IMG/VR virus record: IMGVR_UViG_2571042902_000002
Location: 1-64,000 of that record
DNA from: an uncultured virus (IMG/VR IMGVR_UViG_2571042902_000002)
Lineage: Duplodnaviria > Heunggongvirae > Uroviricota > Caudoviricetes
Direction: 5' to 3' (one strand)
Length of the DNA stretch: 64,000 nt
Shown here: positions 1 through 7,889 of the stretch, piece by piece
Numbering within the stretch: position 1 is the stretch's first letter
Layout of the letters: each line of letters begins with the position of its first letter
Notes under the pieces: model-generated
The model's database searches: none
What the model was told of the DNA's origin: nothing
The model's input: the letters and a program-made list of their open reading frames with translations, nothing else
Program-made: the position numbers and the translations under genes

Positions 1-1155
1 ATGGCCACTATTCGCGCTCGGCGCAACGCCGATGGAACGGTGATGTACACCGCGCAGATTCGTATCAAGCGCGGAGGCGCGCAAGTCTATCAGGAGAGCG
101 CAAGTTTCAGCCGGAAAAAGGCCGCTGAAGCATGGGCGCTCCGTCGGGAGGCTGAATTGGCCGAGCCTGGTGGCTTGGAGCGGGCCACGAAAAAGGGGGT
201 ACTGCTTCGGAACATCATCGCGCAGTACCTGGCCGACCGGGATAAGACTCGCCCGCTGGGTAAGACCAAGATCGCCACGCTGACCGCCATCGCCGCTTCC
301 CACCTGGGCGATACCATCGACCGGGATATCACCAGTCAGGTGCTCGTTGACTATGCACTGTGGCGTATGGGGCCGGACGGGGGAGGGGTGAAGGCGCAGA
401 CAGTTGCCAATGACCTGGCACATCTTGGGTCGGTGTTAGGAGTGGCGGAGGCAGCCTGGGGGTATCAAGTCGACCCGGACGTTATGGCGAAAGCCCGCAG
501 AGTTCTCAAGAACCTGGGTTACAAGTTGCGCAGCAGGGAGCGTGATCGGCGCCCGACACTTGAAGAGTTGGATCGGTTGTTCCAGGCGTTCGAGCGCTCA
601 TGGCGATCGCGGCCGACCTCGATGTGCATGGCGAAGGTCGCTGCCTTCGCATTGTTCTCCAGCCGAAGGCAGGAGGAGATCATCCGTATCCGGTGGGCGG
701 ATCTGGACGAGGCCCGGGGCGCCGTCCTGGTCCGGGACATGAAGAACCCAGGCGACAAGTGGGGTAACGACGTGTGGTGTCAGCTACCCGAGGAGGCAAT
801 GGCGGTCATCAAGAGTATGCCGCGGGCCTTCGAGGAGATCTTTCCATACACCACCGATGCGATTCAGGGGGCATGGAGTCGCGCGATCACTGCCGCAGGT
901 ATAGAGGATCTGACGTTTCACGATCTGCGCCACGAAGCGATCAGTCGGCTGTTTGAGCTGGAGTGGGACATTCCCAAGGTGGCTTCGGTCAGCGGGCACC
1001 GAGATTGGAACTCTCTTCGGCGATATACCCATCTGCGTGGGTCTGGCGATAAATATGCTGGCTGGGAATGGCTCCCGAAGGTCCTGGCGATGCCGGTGTC
1101 CTTCGGGGAATGGGTTTCCAAGAAGAAGTCAGGCCGCCGGTCGGGCTCGGTTTAG
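1..1155 (+). CDS. int: Tyrosine integrase, dusA-associated type
   Basis: Catalytic motifs SRRQEE, FHDLRHE, SGHRDW..L.RY; strongly similar to the integrase at 39761. Confidence 0.93.
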   Translation: MATIRARRNADGTVMYTAQIRIKRGGAQVYQESASFSRKKAAEAWALRREAELAEPGGLERATKKGVLLRNIIAQYLADRDKTRPLGKTKIATLTAIAASHLGDTIDRDITSQVLVDYALWRMGPDGGGVKAQTVANDLAHLGSVLGVAEAAWGYQVDPDVMAKARRVLKNLGYKLRSRERDRRPTLEELDRLFQAFERSWRSRPTSMCMAKVAAFALFSSRRQEEIIRIRWADLDEARGAVLVRDMKNPGDKWGNDVWCQLPEEAMAVIKSMPRAFEEIFPYTTDAIQGAWSRAITAAGIEDLTFHDLRHEAISRLFELEWDIPKVASVSGHRDWNSLRRYTHLRGSGDKYAGWEWLPKVLAMPVSFGEWVSKKKSGRRSGSV

Positions 1156-1404
1156 CCGTTCATGGTCTTTCAGGGCGACCTCGCGCTGTTTGTCCAGATA
1201 CGCCGCCAGGTCCGCCAAGTGAATGCCTCTGGCAGCCTTCTGGCTGGACTCGATCCGCGTGATAGGGATCTGGATCTGTCCGGCCAGGACCTTCCGCTGG
1301 AACTGCTCGACAGTCAGGTGACTGAAGTAGTCGGCGCATACTCTATTCAGCGGGATGATGGCGAGGCCGTTGTACTGGGCCATGAGAAGGAACAGGGTAT
1401 TCAT
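1129..1404 (-). CDS. PrtN-family DNA-binding protein, probable excisionase
   Basis: MNTLFLLMAQY...IPL.RVCADYFSHLT motif; convergent with and overlapping int; paralogue at 40877. Confidence 0.8.
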   Translation of the reverse strand: MNTLFLLMAQYNGLAIIPLNRVCADYFSHLTVEQFQRKVLAGQIQIPITRIESSQKAARGIHLADLAAYLDKQREVALKDHERLNRARPAA

Positions 1405-1526
1405 CAGTAGCACCCCGCTTGCCAGGCGGCCAGCGTGCGGAGGCTCGGGAATACCTCCGCCGCGAACACTGCGACTAGGCCGAGGGTGGCGACGATGATG
1501 CAGAGGGCGGTCAGCGCTTTACGCAT
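1404..1526 (-). CDS. 40-aa single-TM peptide
   Basis: MRKALTALCIIVATLGLVAVFAAEVFPSLRTLAAWQAGCY; stop/start overlaps with both neighbours; homologue at 41342-41464. Confidence 0.6.
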   Translation of the reverse strand: MRKALTALCIIVATLGLVAVFAAEVFPSLRTLAAWQAGCY

Positions 1527-1770
1527 TGTCGCTCCCCTCCGTCTTGTTGCTGTTGGAAAGGGCGTGGGCGATGTGCCGGGCGTACGTGGAAACCGCTCGC
1601 CAGTATACGGCCATCGGCCCCTTCCGGCGGCGCCAAGCGTTCTCCGCCTCGGTGTTCGCCTGGACACGTAGCTCTCGCATTACCGCCTCAATCCTGGCCT
1701 TATCTTCCGCAGGAAGCTGAAGCAGAGCCTGCCCGGCAGGAAGTTGCAGTAGTGGATTTATGTAGCCCAT
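1519..1770 (-). CDS. Phage hypothetical protein
   Basis: 83-aa ORF ending ...AWRRRKGPMAVYWRAVSTYARHIAHAL; coupled in the leftward operon. Confidence 0.7.
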   Translation of the reverse strand: MGYINPLLQLPAGQALLQLPAEDKARIEAVMRELRVQANTEAENAWRRRKGPMAVYWRAVSTYARHIAHALSNSNKTEGSDNA

Positions 1771-2066
1771 CACTCGTCTCCCCCCAGGGATATGCACCAC
1801 ATGATTTCTGGTGCCGGCTCGCTTTTTCGATGCTTGGTTAATAGACGCATGTGCTGCGTAGGGTCAGTGCAGCGAACTGTTGTCGGTCGGGCAGGTGCAG
1901 ATGGACTTGAGGAAGATGGGCTGGGGGTTACCAATTCTTTCTGAATACCCGCAGCACCCATTTGACGGCTCTTAAATGTTTTGCTGTTTCTTTCCTCTAG
2001 TGAGAGGTAGACCTGAGGGGGGCGATAGGGCAATCTCTCGCCGCATCTGATGGCAAGGAGCGGGTC

Positions 2067-2660
2067 ATGCAGTTTTACAGGTTTTCTTGGGTAATTTTTG
2101 GCTACACTGTAGGAAGCATTTTTCTCTTGTCGCCGCTTATTGGCTGGGTAGCTTCGAGCGCTGATCTTGCCTGGCAGTGGATTAGGTCGGAGGGCGCTCC
2201 TGCGTGGATTCAAGCAGTAGGCTCCATTGCTGCGATCATGGCGGCTTGGTTTATTCCGTATCGACAAGAGTTGATAAGGAAAAAGAATCAGCGTATTGCT
2301 GATTTGGATACTTTGAACTGGATATCTCTGCGCATGAGGAATCAACTTCAACACATGCGTGAGGTGCTTGATGATCCTGGGTTGCATTTCGAATTCTGGC
2401 AGGAGTGCGGGGCGTTTGAGTCCTGGGGTGTCCATAAAAGTACGGTTGATACTTTTCAAACCGGAAATCTGTGCGGTGATGATGTGGTTCTTTTGCTGAA
2501 TCTCCGTGAGATTGCTGTAGGTGGTTTGAAATTGGCAGAGAGAATCCAGTTTGAGTATTTTGAGAATAACGAAAGATTTATTGATGCCTCTCGTCATCTT
2601 CAGCAGATAGATCATCTTTGGCATCAGGCAGATTTTGTCTTCGATGAAACCACTGTTTAG
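2067..2660 (+). CDS. Moron membrane protein
   Basis: AT-rich, opposite strand to the operon, AGGAG RBS, two N-terminal hydrophobic segments. Confidence 0.75.
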   Translation: MQFYRFSWVIFGYTVGSIFLLSPLIGWVASSADLAWQWIRSEGAPAWIQAVGSIAAIMAAWFIPYRQELIRKKNQRIADLDTLNWISLRMRNQLQHMREVLDDPGLHFEFWQECGAFESWGVHKSTVDTFQTGNLCGDDVVLLLNLREIAVGGLKLAERIQFEYFENNERFIDASRHLQQIDHLWHQADFVFDETTV

Positions 2661-2740
2661 TCGTTTTTGTAGTGAGCTAAGTTGGATGTACACAACTTTT
2701 TCGGAGAAAGTATGTGAATCTAAAAGTAGTTTGGGAGAAT

Positions 2741-3235
2741 TCATTTGGAGTTTGCCCTTGCTAACACTTCTTCGGTTTTCTCCAGGCGCTGAAGGAGGTC
2801 GGTGTTCGCGATGCGCAGCGCGGCAATCTCTTGGTTCTGCTCGCGGATCTGCGCGCACAGAGTTCGGATCAGTGCGTTATCGGTGGGCTTCGGTGGGCGC
2901 TTTCCCCCCTCGACAAGCTGCGCGGGCGAGCGAGTCATTAAGCGAAGCGTGGCTATGTGCTTCGCGCCCCGGCGCAGCCTTTCGTGGGGTATGCGTGCCT
3001 TTGGCGTGTGCTGAGGATTGGGTTGGAATATGCCTGCTGCTGCGCAGCAGTGGCTTTCTATAGCGCCACCCTCAGGCATCGGTTGGCGGCCCTGGGCGAC
3101 GGTGATCAGTTGGATGCGACGCGCTGGGCCGCCGCCGCGCTTCTGCGCGGCCGGGGCTTGGGTGCTGTGGGTGGCGTGTGCCAGGGCGGCGCCCTGGTCT
3201 TGTGCCGCTACGCGGCTAGCCGGGATAGTGGTCAT
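2741..3235 (-). CDS. Phage hypothetical protein
   Basis: 164-aa ORF in the leftward early operon, C-terminal coiled coil. Confidence 0.6.
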   Translation of the reverse strand: MTTIPASRVAAQDQGAALAHATHSTQAPAAQKRGGGPARRIQLITVAQGRQPMPEGGAIESHCCAAAGIFQPNPQHTPKARIPHERLRRGAKHIATLRLMTRSPAQLVEGGKRPPKPTDNALIRTLCAQIREQNQEIAALRIANTDLLQRLEKTEEVLARANSK

Positions 3236-3244
3236 CGCGCTGCC

Positions 3245-3484
3245 TCACATGCACATCGGTGCGGTGTCGCCGGAGTAGTCGAGGTCGACTGACTCCCAGC
3301 CGCTCGGACGAAGGCGGTCATCGATCTCGCGGATCTGGTCGCTGATATCGGCCATCGTGATTTCCCCACGTCGAGCATCGTCCTCGTCCCACTGCGGCTG
3401 CGCGCGGCGCAGGCGGGTCAGGCTGTCGACGTGGTGGCTGCGGTGCTTCAGCAGGTCGTAGGTGGAGAGGCTGGAATAGTTCAT
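3245..3484 (-). CDS. Phage hypothetical protein
   Basis: 79 aa; ATGA overlap with the upstream gene; GGAGG RBS. Confidence 0.7.
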   Translation of the reverse strand: MNYSSLSTYDLLKHRSHHVDSLTRLRRAQPQWDEDDARRGEITMADISDQIREIDDRLRPSGWESVDLDYSGDTAPMCM

Positions 3485-4105
3485 GCGGCCTCCTGCGCTT
3501 CGGCGTCTGCACTCTGGCTGGCCAAATTCGTGATGGCGAGCCGCTGGAGGATCGCGGCGAGCTGCTGTTGGGCTTCGGCGTCTGTGTTGCGCTTGGTGGT
3601 GCCGGTCTTTTGGAACTGTCGAGCGTGGCCGCTGAGGAGGCGACTGGCGGTGCGGATGGCGTCCAGTTCTTTGGTGGCCAAGTTCTGCTCGCGGAGGAAC
3701 TTTGTGGCCTCAGCCTGCCGATGATTGGTCGCGATGCGTGTCTCCAGCTCCATCTCCAGGCGCTTCAGTTCCGCTTGTTGCTCTTCGTGGCGCTGCTGCC
3801 AATCCGCAAGTTTCTCGGTGGCCTCGGCTTCGACGTTATGACGAAGTTCCTTCTGATCGCTGATCTCTTCCTGCTGCTTATCGATCACCTGTTGCAGGCG
3901 CTGGGCATTGGTGCGCAGCTTGGCCAGGTCGGCATGCAGCGCTGTCAGTTCCTGGCTGCGAGGCGCGGCAGAGGTAAAGCGCCTCGCCGACCGCCTGCTG
4001 TAGTGCGTTCTTCCTGTCCTTGCGCCCAGCAAGATAGGCGGTGGCGATCAGGATCAGCAGCGCGGCGAGAGTGGTAGCCGCGAGAATGATGTGTTGGGTA
4101 TGCAT
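3481..4105 (-). pseudogene. Frameshifted TM-anchored coiled-coil protein
   Basis: N-terminus MHTQHIILAA...LYLCRAS and C-terminus SQELTALHADL... lie in different frames, with the break near 3957-3960. Confidence 0.65.
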
Positions 4106-4155
4106 GGTGGTTTTCTCCATTGGTGGTGGGTGGCCGGTGGTGGCGGCCGGTGTGG

Positions 4156-4473
4156 TTACTCGTTACTGCCGAGTCGGGCGTATGCCTCGTCGGCCTGCCA
4201 GGCTCGGGAGTCGATCCAGGCCGCCAGGTGGCGCACATCGACAAATGGCTGGGCGCGCTGACTCGGGTCGACGGTGGTGATGGGGAGGCGGATTCGGCGT
4301 TCCTTGATCGAGCGGCTGAACGTGTCTTCGTTGAGGTTGTGGAAGTACCGAATGCGCAGGTGCTCCAGCGGGATCAGCACGTCGCCGAAGGTGCGGTAGA
4401 GCAGCTCCACCGTCTCCGGGCGCGGGGCCGGTGTCAGGCGAAGTTCCGGTTGGTTGTCGTGCGGAGTGCTCAT
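4156..4473 (-). CDS. prtN: Pyocin activator PrtN-like transcription regulator
   Basis: PRPETVELLYRTFGDVLIPLE..R.RYF.NLN...F...I...RI.LP.TT matches PrtN (PA0610) as recalled. Confidence 0.75.
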   Translation of the reverse strand: MSTPHDNQPELRLTPAPRPETVELLYRTFGDVLIPLEHLRIRYFHNLNEDTFSRSIKERRIRLPITTVDPSQRAQPFVDVRHLAAWIDSRAWQADEAYARLGSNE

Positions 4474-4700
4474 GCGGCGGCCTCGTTGAGCACGGCTACC
4501 GTGTCCTCGATGCCGCTGGCTGCTTCGTTGAGTTGGTCGACGATCTCTTCCATGCGCGCTCCCCGGTTGCTGTCTTGCAGGCTTTCGGGCATAGCGTCCA
4601 GGGCTTCCTCCTCCTCGCTAACCAAGGTTTCGATCTGCTCGCGGATCTCTTCGAGTTGAGCGGTGATCTGTTGCAGTTGGCGTCGGCGTGCGTTGTTCAT
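4470..4700 (-). CDS. Acidic coiled-coil phage protein
   Basis: 76 aa; ATGA overlaps. Confidence 0.7.
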   Translation of the reverse strand: MNNARRRQLQQITAQLEEIREQIETLVSEEEEALDAMPESLQDSNRGARMEEIVDQLNEAASGIEDTVAVLNEAAA

Positions 4701-4858
4701 TTGTTTCCCTTGGGATGGTTCCAGGCGATCTCTACGTGGGTTCGTACAAGTTCCCGTAAGTGTTCCGGCACCCGCTCCAGCGCCGCCCTGCGTTCCTCGA
4801 TGGTTCGAAGGGCGACGATCTGGCGGGCGTATTCGCGGGGCCGGGGCTCGTTAGCCAA
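4697..4858 (-). CDS. Small phage protein (53 aa, TTG start)
   Basis: MANEPRPREYARQIVALRTIEERRAALERVPEHLRELVRTHVEIAW...; fills the gap with overlaps on both sides; absent from the ORF track. Confidence 0.6.
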   Translation of the reverse strand: MANEPRPREYARQIVALRTIEERRAALERVPEHLRELVRTHVEIAWNHPKGNK

Positions 4859-5138
4859 CCTCGCGGCGGTCCGCTGGGGCGCAGACGCGGGGGATGCCGA
4901 GCTTGTCGGCCAGCCATGCCACTCCGGCCGGGCGCACTTTCGTCGAGTGGCTGTACTGCATGCCGAGTTCGGGGTGGTGCCAGGACGTTTCCTTTGCGCG
5001 CAGGTAGAGGCGGTCGCGGACCGGTACGGCTGGAAGGTTGCTGCTGTCGAGCAGGCCGGCCGCCTTCATGCGCTTGATCAGCTCGGGACGGCTCAGGCCG
5101 AGGCGCTGCGCGGCCTGGTGCAGGGACAAGTCTTTCAT
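4851..5138 (-). CDS. Antirepressor KilAC-like DNA-binding protein
   Basis: AAQRLGLSR..L...M...GLL...NLP and TKVRPAGVAWLADKL pattern. Confidence 0.65.
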   Translation of the reverse strand: MKDLSLHQAAQRLGLSRPELIKRMKAAGLLDSSNLPAVPVRDRLYLRAKETSWHHPELGMQYSHSTKVRPAGVAWLADKLGIPRVCAPADRREVG

Positions 5139-5147
5139 CGCGGCCCC

Positions 5148-5459
5148 CTACGCAGCCTGGTCGAAACGGTGGCGAGCCGGGGTCTCGTCCGCCGTGTCCA
5201 GGCGGCCATTCGCGATGGACTCGATGTAGTCGGCCACGGTGTTGGCGTTGGACTGGGAGTCGAGCGGGAGGCCCAGGCTGTTCAGCGTGGAGCCCATTCG
5301 AACGATGACGTGGACCTGTCCAGCGCCGCGCTCAATGTCGAGAGTGACGTGGACTGCCTGACGGGTTTCGGCGTCGTAGAGGGCGTGGTTGAAGCGGCCG
5401 TTGAGGCTGAGCTGAGCCTTGAGCCGCACAAAGGACGGTTGACGGAGTGCGTAGGTCAT
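5148..5459 (-). CDS. Phage hypothetical protein
   Basis: 103 aa; coupled in the operon. Confidence 0.7.
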   Translation of the reverse strand: MTYALRQPSFVRLKAQLSLNGRFNHALYDAETRQAVHVTLDIERGAGQVHVIVRMGSTLNSLGLPLDSQSNANTVADYIESIANGRLDTADETPARHRFDQAA

Positions 5460-5647
5460 GCCGCGTCACCTCCAAGCGGGGAGGTGGCGGTTACCACATG
5501 ACGGCGGCCCGAGGTACGGCTGGCTACAAGCTGGGCTTTGCCGTTGAAGATGACGACAAGGCAGCCGGTGTCGGCCTGGAGGCGTTGGATCTGTTGGGGG
5601 GAGGAGGTACAGGCCGGGTGGACGTGTACCGTGGCAGAGCGTTGCAT
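5456..5647 (-). CDS. First gene of the leftward early operon, hypothetical
   Basis: 63 aa; GAGG RBS embedded in a hairpin. Confidence 0.65.
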   Translation of the reverse strand: MQRSATVHVHPACTSSPQQIQRLQADTGCLVVIFNGKAQLVASRTSGRRHVVTATSPLGGDAA

Positions 5648-5686
5648 GGTGTTACCTCGTCTCTGTGGTGGAGAGTCGAGGTAAAA

Positions 5687-5728
5687 CTACAGTCTTGTTT
5701 GTTGATTGGTCAACAGTTTTGTTTGTAG
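5687..5728. promoter_or_regulatory. OL operators (two 18-bp sites)
   Basis: CTACA-N8-TGTTG at 5687-5704 and CAACA-N8-TGTAG at 5711-5728. Confidence 0.75.
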
Positions 5729-5741
5729 GCTCTTTTTGTTG

Positions 5742-6455
5742 CTACAACTTCTGTACGCGCCATACTGCCTTGCCACATATCTGCCATTCTTCGTTGACGC
5801 GAATGTATCGGGGTTCCCAAGCGGGATTCAGTGCTTCCAAATACCACTCGCCATCTTCCATCTGAAGGCGTTTGAACGTGACGCGATTAGAGTTGGTCAG
5901 CTTCGCTGCGACAAGATCCCCCGGCTTTGCTTCGATTGATGGATCAATGACCACGCGGTCTCCGCTTTCGAAACTCAAGGGGCCGGCGGGATTCTTCATG
6001 CTTATCCCATCAATAATCAAAACAAAGGCGTCCGGGCCTACAGGCCCTGGAGCATCTACCCATTCCTCAGCATCACCCGGCTGGAATAGATCGATTGCCT
6101 CTACCCAGGCGCCTGCTGCAATGGAGCCCACCACTGGCAATTTTTTCCCTGCAGGGCCGGCTACTGTAGCCCGCTCTGCCGCGGTGATCGTAGGGGGCAT
6201 GATGCTTGCGGCGGCGGGAAACGTGGGGTCCACCGACTGAGGCGGAATGCCTAGAACTCGGGCAATGACTGCCAGGTATTTCGAGTGCTTGGTTTTCCCT
6301 TGCTCAATCGCCGCGTAGGACTGTTGGGTAAAGGCTTGGCCGCCTAGCAGCTCGCGTACCCCTTTCGCTACCTCGCTTTGGGAAAGCTTCAGCTCTTCGC
6401 GACGCTTGCGAATCATGGCGGCAATTGCAGCTTGGCGTTCAGTTGGTGTGTTCAT
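5742..6455 (-). CDS. cI: CI-like repressor (HTH + S24 peptidase)
   Basis: N-terminal HTH; IAAG cleavage site, GISM serine and TFKRL lysine motifs; divergent from cro. Confidence 0.92.
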   Translation of the reverse strand: MNTPTERQAAIAAMIRKRREELKLSQSEVAKGVRELLGGQAFTQQSYAAIEQGKTKHSKYLAVIARVLGIPPQSVDPTFPAAASIMPPTITAAERATVAGPAGKKLPVVGSIAAGAWVEAIDLFQPGDAEEWVDAPGPVGPDAFVLIIDGISMKNPAGPLSFESGDRVVIDPSIEAKPGDLVAAKLTNSNRVTFKRLQMEDGEWYLEALNPAWEPRYIRVNEEWQICGKAVWRVQKL

Positions 6456-6465
6456 TGGGTGAACG

Positions 6466-6530
6466 CTACAAAAGGATTTGTTGGCCTTCAAACAGAAATG
6501 ACTGTTGAAAATCAACAATTTTGTTTGTAG
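6466..6530. promoter_or_regulatory. OR operators (three 18-bp sites)
   Basis: Sites at 6466-6483, 6490-6507 and 6513-6530 share the OL consensus and lie between cI and cro. Confidence 0.75.
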
Positions 6531-6561
6531 GCTGGGCGCCAGTTCCATCCGAGGAAGCCTT

Positions 6562-6816
6562 ATGTCAGATCAAGAACCAATGAAAGTCGCGTTTCAGCTT
6601 GCGATTTCCCGGGCAGGGGGCCAATCCGAGCTTTCACGCAAGCTCGCCGCATTCGGGGTCAATCTGTCTCAGCAAATGATTTCTCACTATCTGCGAGGTA
6701 GTGGGCATTGCCCGGCGGAAATGGTGCTGAAGGTCGAGGCACTGACCGGCGTCAGTCGCCACCGGTTGCGGCCGGACGTGTTTGGCGAGAGCGACGATGG
6801 ATTGGCAGTTGCCTAG
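6562..6816 (+). CDS. cro: Cro/YdaS-like regulator
   Basis: AGGQSELSR...SQQMIS...LRPDVFG; divergent from cI. Confidence 0.85.
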   Translation: MSDQEPMKVAFQLAISRAGGQSELSRKLAAFGVNLSQQMISHYLRGSGHCPAEMVLKVEALTGVSRHRLRPDVFGESDDGLAVA

Positions 6817-6828
6817 TCACCGTAACTA

Positions 6829-7105
6829 CCCTCGCCACCACCGAGGGAGGGGAGCCAGGCCGGCTGGAGCAGCACGCTAAGTACCACCACAGCCGACCGA
6901 GCTTCCCAGACCCAAGGCGCGGATGCCTTGGGGTTGCCAGCCTCTCCACCACAGAGTTGCTGGCTGCAATGGCCAGGTGATCAGGGATGCCGATCACCTG
7001 GCCAAGGCGGCAGATGGCGTTTCCACCACAGAGCGGCCATCTGCCTTGTGACCACCATGCAATGTGACCACGGCGCCTACTCTAACAAGGTTGGTGGCGT
7101 CGTGG
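6829..7105 (+). ncRNA. Candidate structured RNA (hairpin array with CCACCAC loops)
   Basis: About seven adjacent inverted repeats; CCACCAC at 6835, 6884, 6946 and 7023 at or near hairpin apices. Confidence 0.5.
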
Positions 7106-7132
7106 CACTGGCAGTAAACAGGAATAATTGCC

Positions 7133-7687
7133 ATGTCCCGACCCTCGTTCGCGGATCAGTTCGATCGCATGGGCCGCGAGGTGCTTCCCTTGGGCGAAGC
7201 GCTCAACCTCGTCGCTCGCAATCAACGCATGTGCCACGGTGGCATCACCGGCTTCGCTCACTCCACCGGCCGCAGCGTCTCCACCACCTCCCACAAGTTC
7301 GACCCCAGCCACACCAGCCATATCCTCAACATCTACGACGTGCTCGACTTCCTGCGGTACGTGTCGGCCGAGGGGCGGGCGGTCGTGCTCGACGCGCTGC
7401 ATGCTGAGCTGGGCGACAGCCTGTGGTTCTTCGTTTCGCCGCTTCAGTTCGAGGATGTGCCGGCCAGCCTGATTGCCGGCGCCGGCGAGATCCTGCACAC
7501 GTCGGCCAACGCGGCGACCACCATCGCGCGCCATATCGAGGACGGCCGCATCGACGCGGCCGAGCTGGCGGAAACCCAAAAGCTGGCGATGAGCATCATC
7601 CGCGCGGCGGTTGGCCTCTACGAGCGGGCTCGCTACGTCCACCAGACCACCAAGGGCGCCGAGCGCGGGGAGGTGAGCAATGGCTGA
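7133..7687 (+). CDS. Phage regulatory CII-family protein
   Basis: Position after cro; DGRIDAAELAE motif typical of the CP76/CII family. Confidence 0.7.
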   Translation: MSRPSFADQFDRMGREVLPLGEALNLVARNQRMCHGGITGFAHSTGRSVSTTSHKFDPSHTSHILNIYDVLDFLRYVSAEGRAVVLDALHAELGDSLWFFVSPLQFEDVPASLIAGAGEILHTSANAATTIARHIEDGRIDAAELAETQKLAMSIIRAAVGLYERARYVHQTTKGAERGEVSNG

Positions 7688-7889
7688 TATCGCGGATCAT
7701 GCCAATGACCTGGTGCTGGAGCGCATGGAGGCGGCATTGGCTGCCCGTGTGCTGGTAGCGGTTGGCGAATCGGCTCATGAGTGCGAGTGCTGCGGCGAAC
7801 CGATCCCGCCGCGTCGTCGCGAAGCTGTACCGGGGTGCCAAACCTGCATCGAATGCCAGTCCTTCAACGAGCGGAGGGGGTGCCGGTGA
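7680..7889 (+). CDS. TraR/DksA C4 zinc-finger protein (PtrB-like)
   Basis: MADIADHAN...CECCGEPIP..RR.A.PGC.TCIECQ. Confidence 0.88.
   Translation: MADIADHANDLVLERMEAALAARVLVAVGESAHECECCGEPIPPRRREAVPGCQTCIECQSFNERRGCR

Noticed and set aside
1770..2858. 362-aa minus-strand ORF
   Set aside because: Mostly the antisense shadow of the 2067-2660 moron; only the last ~54 codons (1770-1934) might be a real small gene
6829..7105. Hairpin array as a CRISPR array or Chi sites
   Set aside because: No identical 25-40-bp repeats with regular spacers and no cas genes; GTGGTGG is not the full E. coli Chi GCTGGTGG, and its loop placement points to an RNA role
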